A program made the position numbers and the translations under genes. From NCBI RefSeq assembly GCF_009914755.1, contig NC_060929.1: DNA of 64,000 bases; one strand, written 5' to 3'. The DNA comes from the human T2T-CHM13v2.0 reference genome, Homo sapiens. Shown here piece after piece: positions 36,370 to 48,000 of the stretch. The notes under the pieces were generated by a model. That model did no database searches. It was not told the origin of the DNA and worked only from the letters and a program-made list of their open reading frames with translations. Each line of letters begins with the position of its first letter. Position 1 is the first letter of the stretch.

Positions 36370-36760
36370 TGAACTTTTAATTTTTATACAGAAAAGTGCA
36401 CAGACCAAAGGGTGACTGCATTCTTACAAGGCGAGGACACCATGTAGCCATCTCCTTATCAGAAAGCTCCAGTGTCCTGCCCCCCAGCCACCACGCCAGC
36501 CTGGCTGCTGTCCTCACAGCTGACACTACCCAGCAGCCACACCCCACCTGGAGTATATTGAATGGGATCTTGCCGTACGTACCTGGTAGGTCTGAATTTT
36601 GTTGCCAATACAGTATCTGTGGCGGTACACATGTCTTTGCTATTGTAGGCAGCTCAGTCTCATGGATATATGAGAGGCCATTGTGGAAATAGACCAGGAT
36701 GGAAACCTCAGTGTTCTCTGTCTTCGACCACCTTTGACATTTTCTTTTTCCTGTGTCCTG
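36370..36760 (-). mobile_element. Old L1ME-like 3' end remnant
   Basis: tatacagaaaagtgcacag...acaaggcgaggacaccatgtagcca resembles an antisense L1ME terminus. Heavily diverged. Confidence 0.5.
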
Positions 36761-38299
36761 GTGTTCACCTCTCCTCCCCTCCTCTGCCCGGTCCCTCATC
36801 CTGGCCTGCCTGCCCTGCCTAGGCCCAGGTGATGCCTGGCCAGTTACTCCCAGGGCTGCAGAGTGAACAGGCCATGCTCTGTCCCCTCTGACAGAGTGGG
36901 TCCCCTCATCCAACCCCAGGAAGATGGCGGGAGCCAGAGAATCACTGGTGTAGACCCCTTCACCTGCCCCCTATGCTGCCCTGCAAGGCGGAGGTGGGAG
37001 GGGGTCCCACTTCACAAACACTGAGTGGGAGCTGGTGGATGGGCACCTGTGGCTGCAGCCAACCCACTCCTGATGGTCAGTTTCAGGTGTCCAATCAGCC
37101 AGGCCAGGTCATTTGGTGGCACGCGAGCCACACGGCGCTGTGTTGTGGATGCGGGTAAAGGCTGTGGTCAGTGGACTACACATAAGGGGGTTTCCACAAC
37201 TGCGTATGTGGGCTTCCTCCTGTAGTTGAAAGGGCCTCAGAGCAGCGTGCAGGCTCCCTGAGGAAGAAGAACCTCTGCCTGAAGGCTGCAGCAGGGGGCC
37301 GCCCAAGAGTTCCCGGACAGCCTTGCCCAGAGTCTGGCCTGCAGATCTGAACTTGCCAATCCCCACAGTCACAGAAGCCAACTCATTGAAATAAATCTCT
37401 TAAACTGCAGTTATGTGTCACATGACAACTTTTTGGTCAACAAAGGACTGCATATAGCACAGTGATTCTATCAGACTGTAACGGAGCTGAAGATTCCTGT
37501 TGCCTCATGATGTAGTAGTCACCCTGGTGATGCTGCTGTAAACAAACCTACCATGCTGCCAGTCATAGAAAAGTCTAGCACCTACGGACATGAGCATAGA
37601 AGTACACAGTGCTTGATGATGGTAATAAACCACGGGGTTACTGGTTTATGTATTTACCATACTATACTTTCTATTGTTATTTTAGAGTGTATTCCTTCTG
37701 CTTATAAAAACAATCTAACTGTAAACAGCCAAAGGCGGGTTCTTCAGGAGGTGTCCTCCTAGGAGCTGGCAGCTCCATGCCTGTCGTTGACCCTTGACGG
37801 CCTTCCAGAGGGACAAGAGGAGGAGGCGAAAGACAGTGACGTGTGTGATCCTGACTCTGTGTAGGCTGAGGCTAAGGTGTGTGTTTGTGTCTTGTTTATT
37901 TTTATGTTACTTTATTTATTTATTGTTATTACTGAGCCTTAATAGACTTAATCAGATGAGCTCTCTGGCCTGGCCTCTGTATTTGGGGCCTGTCTTCAGC
38001 CAGGGACACATAGGGGATTAAGGTCAGCATCAACTACAAAGCCACGGGGCTGCAGAGTCCCCTGAGGGCAGTGTACTGATGACCCCTTCAGTACTGCATC
38101 CTACCTAGGAGGTTGGTAGGCCCAAGTGACTGACAAGAATCATTGTAGCCTTTATGAAAAGTCTTACAGAGATGGGGGCTGAGGGATATTGAAGTCCAGC
38201 CATTGCATTCCTGGGAGAGCTCACTGAGTGTCGCAGGTCCTGCTGGGCATTTTTTGCTGCTGTCACAGGTGACTTTCAAAGACCCTCTTTCAGGAGAGC

Positions 38300-39240
38300 T
38301 CTTTTCATTTCACTTTTCTTGCATGTGGATGTCCAGTTGTTCCAGCATCATTTGTTGAAAAAATCTCTTTTCTCCATTTTATTGTCTTTGCTGATTTCCC
38401 AGAGATCAGTTGACTCTATTTAGGTCAGTCTGTTTCTGAGCTCTCTGTTCTGTTCCATTGGTCTATCCAGCTGTCATTCCACCAGTACCATACTGTCTTG
38501 ATTCCTGGAGCTTTACTGTAAACCTGGAAGTCAGGTAATGCTCAGTCCTCTCACTCTGTTCTCCTATATTGTACTGGCTGTTCTGAGTCTCTTGTACTTT
38601 CATAAAAAACTTAGAAAAGTTCTTTTTGTCAATATTCATATAATGGTTTGCTGAAATTTTGATTGAGATTGCAACGATTCTATAGATGGAGTTGAGAAGA
38701 ACCAACATCTTGACAATATTGAGTCTTCCTGTCCATGAACATAGAATATCTCTTCATTGATTTAGTTATTATATTTCTTTCATCAGATTTTTGTAGTTTT
38801 TCTCACATAGATCTTGTACATATTTTGTTAAATTTATACTTAAGTTTTTCATTTTGGGGGGTGTTAATGTAAATAATATTATGTTCTTAATTTCATATTC
38901 CAATTGTTCATTGCTGGTATATGGGAAAGTGATTGGCTTTTGTATACTAACTTTATTTCATTCAACCTCATGAAAATCCCTCGTTTTGTGGTTGATTATT
39001 TCAAGTTTTCTAAATTGACAATCATGTCACCTCCAAACCAACAGTTTCATTTCTTCCTTCCCAATCTGTATGCCTTTTATTTCCTTTTCTTGTCTTACCG
39101 TATTAGCTAGGACTTTCAGTACAGTGTTGAAAATCAGTGGTAAGAGGGAATATCCTTGCCTCGTTCTTCATCTTCACAAGCAAGCTTCCACCCTCTCACC
39201 ATTAAATATGAAGTTAGCTGTGAGTTTTTGTAGATGATAT
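38300..39240 (-). mobile_element. Old L1M (L1MC/MD-like) ORF2 remnant
   Basis: ggatgtccagttgttccagcatcatttgttgaaaa, catcttgacaatattgagtcttcctgtccatgaacatagaatatctc and tttccttttcttgtcttacc...gctaggactttcagtacagtgttgaa. Confidence 0.85.
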
Positions 39241-39254
39241 ACTTCTTGAAAAAA

Positions 39255-39364
39255 TTTATTTTAGGTTCAGGTGTACATGTGCAAATTTGTTACATCAGTA
39301 AATTCATGGAGTTCTTTTGTACAGATTATTTCGTCAACCAGGTATGAAGCCTAGTACCCGATAG
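39255..39364 (-). mobile_element. L1PA13-16-like extreme 3' end (~110 bp)
   Basis: The minus strand reads ctatcgggtactaggcttcatacctggttgacgaaataatctgtaca...tgcacatgtacacctgaacctaaaataaa. Confidence 0.85.
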
Positions 39365-40007
39365 AACTAAAGATAAAAACCACATGATCATCTCTATAGA
39401 TGCAGAAATGGCTTTCAATAAAATTCCACATTCCTTCATATTAAAAACGCTCAGTAAGCTAGGTATCGAAGGAACATACAAAAAATAATAAGATCCGTCT
39501 ATGACAAACCCACAGTCAATATCATATTGAATGGGCAAAAGCTGGAAGCATTTCCCTTGAAAACTGGCACAAGACAAGGATGTCCTCTCTCCCCACTCCT
39601 ATTTTATATAGTACTGGGAGCCTTGGTCAGAGCAATCAGAAAAGAGAAAGAAATAAAAGGCACCCAAATAGGAAGAGAGGAAGTCAAAGTATCCCTTTTT
39701 TCAGATGACACGATTCTATAGCCAGAAAACCCCATAGTCTCAGCCTAAAAGCTCCTTCAACTGACGAACAACTTCGGCAAAGTTTCAGGATGGAAAATCA
39801 GCATACAGCAATCTCTAGCATTCCTATACATCAACAACATTCAAGCTGAGAGCCAAATCAGGAAGGTAGTCCTATTCACAACTGCCACAAAAAGAATAGA
39901 ATAACTAGGAATACAGCTAACTGAGGGGGTTAAAGACCTCGACAATGAGGATTACAAAACACTGCTCAAATCAATCAGAGATGACACAAACAAATGGAAA
40001 AACATTC
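39363..40007 (+). mobile_element. L1P ORF2 (reverse transcriptase region) fragment, inverted relative to the adjacent 3' end
   Basis: Translation [25 protein letters not shown]...SLFSDDTIL matches L1 ORF2p RT (FADD motif decayed to FSDD), with stops. Confidence 0.93.
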
Positions 40008-40740
40008 TGTGTCTTGGTTTTTAACAAGAAAGTTTAAAAAGTAAAAAAGTAAAAACAAAAATATAGAAGCAGCTTATAGACTAAATATAAAGAAAGAAAA
40101 TATTTTTCTTCCTAATTTTCTTAGTCTATAAACTTTTTAGACTAAAGCTGTACAGTGTTTGTGGTTTAAGCTAAGTATTATTACAAAGGAGTAAAAATGT
40201 TAAGAAATTTAAAAAGTTAATAAAAAAGTTACAGCAAACAAGGGCTGATTTATTATTGAAGAAACAATGGTTTTGATAAATGGAGTATGGCCTAAGTGCC
40301 CAGTGTTCCTGCAGTCTACGGGCATGTGCAGTAACGTCCCAGGCTTCACAGTCACTCCCCACCCATCCCCTGACTCTCTCAGAGCCACTTCTTGTCCTGC
40401 CAGCTTCATTCACGATGAGTGCCCTGTACAGGTGTACTATTTGTTATATTTTATATTGTATTTTTATTGTACCTTTTCTATTCTTAGATACACAAATACT
40501 CACCATTGCATTACAATTGCCTGCTATTCAGTACAGTAACATGCTGTAGAGGTTTGTAGCCTAGGAGCCATGGGCTACGCCATAGGCTATGCCATCTAGC
40601 CTAGGTGTGTAGTGTAGTAGGCTGTACCCTCTAGGTTTGTGTGAGTGCACTCTATGTTTGCACAATGATGAAATCACCTAATGAGATGTTTCTAGAACAT
40701 ATCCCTTTCACCAAAGGACACATGACTGTAAATCTGTTTC

Positions 40741-40957
40741 TGTGTGTGTGTGAGTGTGTGTGTGTGTGTGTGTGTATCTGTATGTGGTACATGTGCATGT
40801 ATATATTATATATATATTGTATTCTATATGTATAGATAGTAGATGATGTATAGATATAGAGATAGATGCCCTCTCTACTGGCCCTGTTCTCTGGAGAACA
40901 CTGACCTTACATAATGGCTGACCAGATGCTGTGGGCCGTCTGCATGCACAGTCCATG

Positions 40958-41002
<45 letters not shown>

Positions 41003-41177
41003 GCATGTTTGGGTGTATCTGTATGTGGTACATGTGCATAGATATATAATGCATTATATATGTATAGATAGTAGATGATGTGTAGATATAGAGATAGATG
41101 CCCTCTTTACTGGCCCTGTTCTCTGGGGAACCCTGACCGGATGCTATGGGCCATCTGCATGCACAGTCCACGGTGTG

Positions 41178-41208
<31 letters not shown>

Positions 41209-41604
41209 TGTGTGTGTGTGGTGTGTGTTGCATGTTTGGGTGTATCTGTATGTGGTACATGTGCATAGATATATAATGTATTATATATGTATAGGTAGGG
41301 GATGATGCATAGATATAGAGATAGATGCCCTCTCTACTGGCCCTGTTCTCTGGAGAACACTGACCATACATAATGTCTGACCAGATGCTGTGGGCTGTCT
41401 GCATGCACAGTCCATGATGTGTGTGTGTGTGTGTGCATGTTTGGGTGTATCTGTATGTGGTACATGTGCATAGATATATAATATATTCTATATGTATACA
41501 TAGTAGATGATGCATAGATATATAGATAGATGCCCTCCCTACTGGCCCTGTTCTCTGGGGAATCCTGACCGGATGCTGTGGGCCATCTGCATGCACAATC
41601 CACG
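40741..41604. repeat. Four ~190-245-bp tandem units (A-B-A-B), each with (TG)n plus an MLT2 3' terminus
   Basis: tatctgtatgtggtacatgtgcat...gatagatgccctc...tactggccctgttctctgg...tctgcatgcaca occurs four times. Confidence 0.93.
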
Positions 41605-43479
41605 CTCTCTTCATCTTGCAGTTCAACATGTGCCGTGCACACATCTCATACACTTTCCTCGTCTTACTCTATGGCAGCTGATCCCCACACATATGTGGCT
41701 CAGTATTTCACTCACCAGACCTCCGCCTTTACTGCTCAGGCTTCCTGGGTCTTGAATGTATTTTCTGTATTAAAAAAATAAGATCCTAATTGGATGGAAT
41801 TGTATCTATGACTAGATGGCTTCTCCTTGGAAGGGTTTGTATTGAGGTTAAGTATGCGGCCACCCATAGCATTTGAGGTTGTGGTGTGTCCTGCAAAGAT
41901 GTTTAGAGGAGCTTGTTGTTTGGCTAACAAAAGGCCATATAATGAATCAAAACTTCAGGCAATAATGAGAACCTAAATAGAGTTCAACATTTTTATAACT
42001 AAGCTAAAGCAGTTTTTACAGAGGCAGCTGAGAAACCGGTTTGAACTGTTTGGATACCATTTCCTGACGTGGGGAAACCTGTCCCTATGATGTATTTTGA
42101 AATTCGAGGTAAAATATGATGCAGGCTGCTGGTTTATAACTACCCTGTTATTCATCCTTTCATCTGCTCTGAGGATCAACATTTCTGAATTTATGGGATA
42201 CATATGTCTGAGCTCTCACTCAGTGGGGGAACAACACAATTTAAAACTAGGAAACGGGACTGCAGCTTTGCCAGGAGATGGATTCTAGTGTGAGGAATAT
42301 GCAGACACCATTTTTGTGTTTTAAAGAGATGTACTTAAAGCAGTAGGATTTCAACTTAAAGGCCGATAAAGCACAGTGAAGAGTTATCAGAAAGGCTTAT
42401 CTGAAAACAGTTGGATTTTGCTACAAGATGGGTAGATTTGGGGGGTCATTTCTTGCGGCCACTTCAAACACACTCCAATATTGGAAAGCATCTACAGGGC
42501 TAGAACTGTGTGATTCTTGTATATTGACTTAATTTTTCAAGTGTGCAAATTAAGAATTTGGGGAGCGCTAAGTAAATAAAGCTCTTGCTTTTCCTCCCAG
42601 CTCTGCAGTGAGAGTGGAGTCAGCGTTTCTTCTTGCTATTGAGCTTCGGGATAGGCATCTATCACTTGCGCTCACACAGTTCCTTCCGTTGAACATCTGC
42701 AAGGTGACACAGATTTGAGGGACCGTCACACTTGATTAGAGCCCACTTGGGTGCTCCTGGAACCTGGAACAGACAAACTCCAAGAGGAGATTGAAGATTT
42801 TCCGCATCCTGGGACTCCAGGCCGAATCACTTTGTGTGGCCTCGGAGGGAACACCTATCCAATGCTGCCAAGAAATAAACCTTTCAGGGAAAAGGGAGTT
42901 TGATTGTAATTCAGTCGCAATTTATTCTGTTGTATTTTGGCCATTTCATTTGCTTGACAGACTCTTATTCAATGGCCATGCGTAAGCCACTCGTGTTCTA
43001 AAGACCAGTGGGCAGGGACAGGCGGATAAGAAACGAGAACATTTCTGTCTACGAAGGTCCAAGGTGTTGTGGGGTGTGGAGGAAGGGCTTCCTCATTCCA
43101 CTCAGACATGTCGAGAAGGCAATAGTTGAGGCAACAGCTGGAGGACATGGAGGCAGGCAAGGGACGTTCTAGACAAGGAAAGCAGCGTGTTACTTTCACC
43201 AGGTAGCTCATGGAAGAACAGTCTGAAGTGACATCATCAATTCCACACCTGTCCGTAAAAAGCCTGAGTGATAGACCTGTGAGATGAACCAGGGGTCCTG
43301 AGCTAACCAGAAGGTCAGTGCAGGGAAGGCACGTGCTCTAGAGGCATGAGGCTGTGAGTGGGTGCCATTGGATGTGGGTCTCCCTAGAGTCAGGAAGTGT
43401 GAACTAACACCTCCCAGCCTCCTTACTTGGGAAACCAAGTGACCAGTGGTCAGAGGATGAGGTGCCGTTGGGAGAGGCT

Positions 43480-43600
43480 TTGGGAACTGTGGTTTTGGGA
43501 GTCACTGATGACCAAAGGCATTGGGAATGGAGATGATTGCTCAGAGTCCGTAAAGTGAGCAGGGAGGCCTCAGACTGTTCTTGGAACACCAGGATGGATG
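43480..43600 (-). mobile_element. L2 fragment
   Basis: ttttgggagtcactga...ttgggaatggagatgattgctcagag resembles L2. Confidence 0.45.
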
Positions 43601-43849
43601 AGACAGACACAAGAAGATGAGTCCTGAAAGGCCACCAGGAAGGCTGGCCAGACACAGAGGAGCAGGGGAAGAATTGTAGCCCAGAAGCCACGTGGTAAAT
43701 TAGCCCAGTGATACAATATGACCAACCAAGATGGCAAAATGACAGTGGAATAACCCAACCGATGTCTGAAAACATAATGGACTCTGCTCCTGGGTGTGTT
43801 TATTCCTATTATTTCACTTTAATACAGTGATCTCAAGTTCATAAAATGA

Positions 43850-44000
43850 TTTCATACAAATGGTCTCTCTCATCTGAGTATTCAATAAACCTATGAGATG
43901 CATTGGGAAAGCATTTTTTTTTTCAATTCCAGTTTTGGTAATGTGTTCACTGAGACACAGAGTTTAAAAGATAATTGTTTCACTTGAACTGTTGTGCTAC
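43850..44000 (-). mobile_element. MIR fragment
   Basis: aaacctatgagatg...tccagttttggtaatgtgttcactgagacacagag. Confidence 0.45.
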
Positions 44001-44457
44001 ATGAGCGCCTGAAGCGCGACTTTCTGTGTTTTCATTTCTGAGCTCCATGAGGTTCCATTTCTGGAGGAGGAAGAGAGCAGAGAGGGATACGCAGTGGACC
44101 CTGCCTGGGGCATTCAGTGCTGGGCACAGGAGGTGGGCAAACCAGCGATGACAAAGACGCCTGTCCCCAGAGAGTGGGGGTGGGGAGGGCTCCTGGAGAA
44201 GCCAGTGCTTACATGGAGATTTACAGATGGGAAGATGCACAGGTATTTGCCAGACAAGACCAAGTGGGGGAAACATGCTCTGACAGAGAGAAGACAGATG
44301 TGATGATGATGAACCATCTTCTCGGGCAGCAGAAAGAGACACCCAGGGCCCCATGTTCATAACTGGTAAAAACAACGCGAGATTAGACCCAGGACTCCTT
44401 AATGTCCACCCCGGGATGCTGCGGCTTTTCCTCCTCTGGTTTCATCTGTCGATTTGA

Positions 44458-44467
44458 CTATCTGTCA

Positions 44468-44525
<58 letters not shown>

Positions 44526-44798
44526 ATCTACCTCTCTATCATCTCTGTCTCCCTATCTATCTCTCTATCTCTCTCTCTTTCTCTCCTGTCTCCATCTCTT
44601 TATCCATGAAGATATCTCTATATCTTCATCTCTCTATCTCTCTATCTCATTATTTATCTGTCTCCATCCATGTCTTTACCTATCTCTCACATCTCATCTC
44701 TCTATCTCTCTCTATCAACATATCTCTCTCTATCTAGCTCTCTATCTCCATCCATCCACATATCTGTCTCTCTATCAATGTCTTATCTGTCTATCCAC

Positions 44799-44839
<41 letters not shown>

Positions 44840-44885
44840 ATCCAGCTATCTAGTTATCATTGATCTATCTATATCTATCATCTAT
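44458..44885. repeat. Compound (TCTG)3(TCTA)11 ... (TCTA)9 tetranucleotide STR region
   Basis: Pure TCTA runs at 44480-44523 and 44802-44837, separated by degenerate TC/TCTA sequence. Confidence 0.95.
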
Positions 44886-44909
44886 TTAATTATTTGAAAC
44901 TTAAGCTTA

Positions 44910-45066
44910 TAACATCAAATGTTGATGAAGTATGGAACAACTTCACTTTCAGACATTTTTGCTGAGTGTAAATTGGTTCAACTACTTTGGAAAACTCTTT
45001 TTCTCTAAAAGTAAACCTACATCTACCCAATGACCCAGAAACTTCACTAAGTATTTACCCAAGAGG
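44910..45066 (+). mobile_element. Old L1M fragment
   Basis: gagtgtaaattggttcaactactttggaaaac...acccaatgacccagaaacttcactaagtatttacccaagag. Confidence 0.7.
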
Positions 45067-48000
45067 ACTGAACTTGATTGATTGGAAATTGATTGGTCAA
45101 TTCCACAAAAACACAAAATGCTCAAGGAAGCTGCCTGGCCTTTTCAACAAAGAAAGCACTCAACCATAGGAGACATAAAAGGAGTGTGCATTTGTGTGTG
45201 TGTGTGTGCGTGTGTGCATGTGGGCATGCATGTGAGTGCACACACAGGATAATGGCAGTGGAGGACCAGCACACAGCTGCTGTCCACGACTGAAACCAAG
45301 GATGGGCCAGAGATGACATTAGGGAATCAGAGAGAGGCAATAGGCATGTTGGAGGTCACTGCTATCCCGACCACTTAGGAGATAATGAAAACACAGTTCA
45401 TGGCAGGTTTCACGGCTGAAGGATATTGTGACCTGTGGAGGTGGTGGGGATTGAGTATGGAACTTCTTGGTGAGAAGTAAGTTGGCCTGGCCAGGGCTGA
45501 TGATGGCCAAACAGCAGCTGGCACAGCTGGCACCATTATCAGACCTTCCCCTTCTCCTAAAGAAGCTTCCTGAGAAAACAGCTAGTCGTGAGATGTCTTC
45601 TGTAGTAGGGTGGCTCCTTCTGTGAAAAGGAACCAATGGATGGATGGTAGCAAGAGATTTTGAGTGTATACGCCAAATTAGAAAAAACAAAAAGGCTTTT
45701 CAGTTGGAGGTGACAGGTTTGAGAATAGGTGGCTTTTTTTTTTGTATTTGTCTTTTCTTTTTCTTTTTCCCTATCTACCTCCTTTCTTTCTTTCATGTTT
45801 GTGTTATTGTGTTATCTAAATTTCCTGCAACAAACATGTATTGCTTTTCTAAGAAACATATACAACATAATATCTTGCAAGTTAGGAAAAGATTTTTATT
45901 ATACTCTGACACTCTATTCATAATTTAAAAATATAAGGAATAGAACTTGAAAATATTTCAAGAGAAGTTGTATTCTTAAACTGTCGAAACAACTAGGAAG
46001 GACGACCAGATGGTAAAGGTAACAGGATTTTGGAAGCCCTTAGGATCGATTTGAGGGCCACAGACACGTCCCAGTTGATCACGAGCCTTCTGCAGGCAGT
46101 GATGTCTAAACACTCCTGCAGGGTGGGAGGCTCAGAGGGGCCAACAACCGGCCCTGGGCAGAGAATGAATTTGGGGCAAAAAAAAAATTAGAGGCAGACT
46201 TTCTTATGGTTGGAATTAGAACTATGAAAGAAAAATAAAGGGAGAGGAAGAAAAAAAAGGTTGATTAAACTACACCCCAAGAATGATGTAGTTTTCTTTC
46301 AATGAGCCATCAGGAGAGTATCTGCTTCACGTTGTGCCTTGTTGGCTGACAGACATATCTTAGCATCTCACAAAACGATGAGGCCATCAAGAAACTCCCA
46401 ACCACGTCTGCAGAAGGATGCGTGCTGAAAACACCTAAAATGTGCCTGGTGGTGTTAATTAAAGATGGAACCACTTGGAGCAAGCCACTCACTGAAGCAA
46501 AAATATGTGTTTCCACATGGGGTAATTTCCCTGTAGCTCTCTTTATTTTTTATTTGCTGATAGGAGGAGACTTTTGATGAATACTTATGGGACACTTCAG
46601 GCTTGAGTAGGGTTAATCTCTTTAGTTCAGGTGAGTTCATTTTAGCCATGATTCACTTCATTGGCTATCTGTAATGATTATTAACAAGCTTAAAGACCTC
46701 CGGGAGATTGTGGATAAAAATGCAGAGCCAGAGAAGTAGGCTATCATTATGCTAATAGTGTTGGAATAATAATTACCAGGCACTCACAGTTTCCATAGGA
46801 ATCCCTGGGATGGGAATAGGTCACCAGGTTAGAAAAATCTCTCCCCAGCTTTACAGCCTGTGGTTGCACCATGCACATGCATACACACAAAAACACCCCT
46901 GCTCTGACATAGAAAGGCAGTAAATAGATGTTTATCTATATTATTTTGCCATTGCACTTAGATGAATCTATAGTCAGATGAAGGAAGATGTGAAGAAATA
47001 ACATTTATGCTTTTTATGCATCAGTGACACATTCTAACAGCCTTCAGTGTGGATTTGGTTAAAATATTTTTAAACTTTTTTTTCAAATAATATCACATGA
47101 ATTCCAATTGCTTATTTCATAAAATTATTTCTAGAGGTATCCTTATAACAACAGGAGTGGAATGCATCTACCACCTTTGTTGGATTTGTAGGTGAGAGCT
47201 TGTTCGTCTTTATTTTTCTCTTCCCTGTTTCTTTTTTTCTTTCCCATGCACAAACATTGCAGTGCCTCCCTCCATGTCCACACCCTTCCTCCGGCACCCA
47301 TCAGTCACACCACTGTTTTCCAGCATCCTCCTCTGTCTCTGCATTTGGCTGTGTGTTCTTGAGGGTAGGAATTGTGCCTTATTCATCATCATGCACTCTT
47401 TTTCTGGCATAATATGTTGCTCACATATATTTAATATAAAACTTTTTTTTTCTAAATGCGTGAGTAAGTGGCCAGAGATATTCAGTTAGCTATGTCTAGG
47501 TTTCCCTGCACCAGATTCACGACCCTTCTCAGCATACATCCAATTCCCAGGCCAACCTCAGGGTAGGTAAAGAGTTACCATTTGTGGAGGGAGAATGCCG
47601 GACTCCATGCACCTGTTGTCTTAGCTAACCTGGAATCATCTTCAGTGGGAAAGTGTCCAAGGCAGAGGGCTGCTTAGGCCAGAGGAGGCTTCCCCCATCC
47701 TACTGAGTTGAAGAGGTTGGCACCCAATTCAAGGTTCTTATGTGGATGGATGAAAATGTGACAGGTTTTAGGGAATGATGAAGACACACACATAGAAACA
47801 GGTCCTCATCTTAGTGGGATTCTGTGGGTGAGGTAGGGGTCATGGCTGGAACTCACATTAGGAAGAGAAGGGTGGGTGGGGCAGGAGCCACCAGCTTCAA
47901 TGTCCTCCCTGAGTGGATGGGCTCCACCTCCAGACCAGGTGGCAGAGAGGACTGTGCTCACCTGGGGGGAGTCACCATGCAGATGCTGCAGTGGAGAGCC

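Larger units (their letters stand above)
37408..40728. mobile_element. Tigger3b-like (TcMar-Tigger/Golem) DNA transposon split by an L1-mediated insertion
   Basis: TIRs cagttatgtgtc (37408) and gacacatgactg (to 40728) followed by TA. The internal Tigger3 sequence stops at ~37894 and resumes at 40008. Confidence 0.88.
37069..40911 (+). mobile_element. MLT2D-like ERVL LTR split by Tigger3 (5' part 37069-37405, 3' end ~40731-40911)
   Basis: gaagaagaacctctgcctgaaggctgcagca...acttgccaatccccacagtcacagaagccaactcattgaaataaatctct. Terminus ctactggccctgttctctggagaacactgaccttaca. Confidence 0.8.

Noticed and set aside
39527-39721. ORF with reverse transcriptase similarity
   Set aside because: It is a decayed L1 ORF2 fragment with stops and an altered catalytic motif, not a functional gene or a novel RT system.
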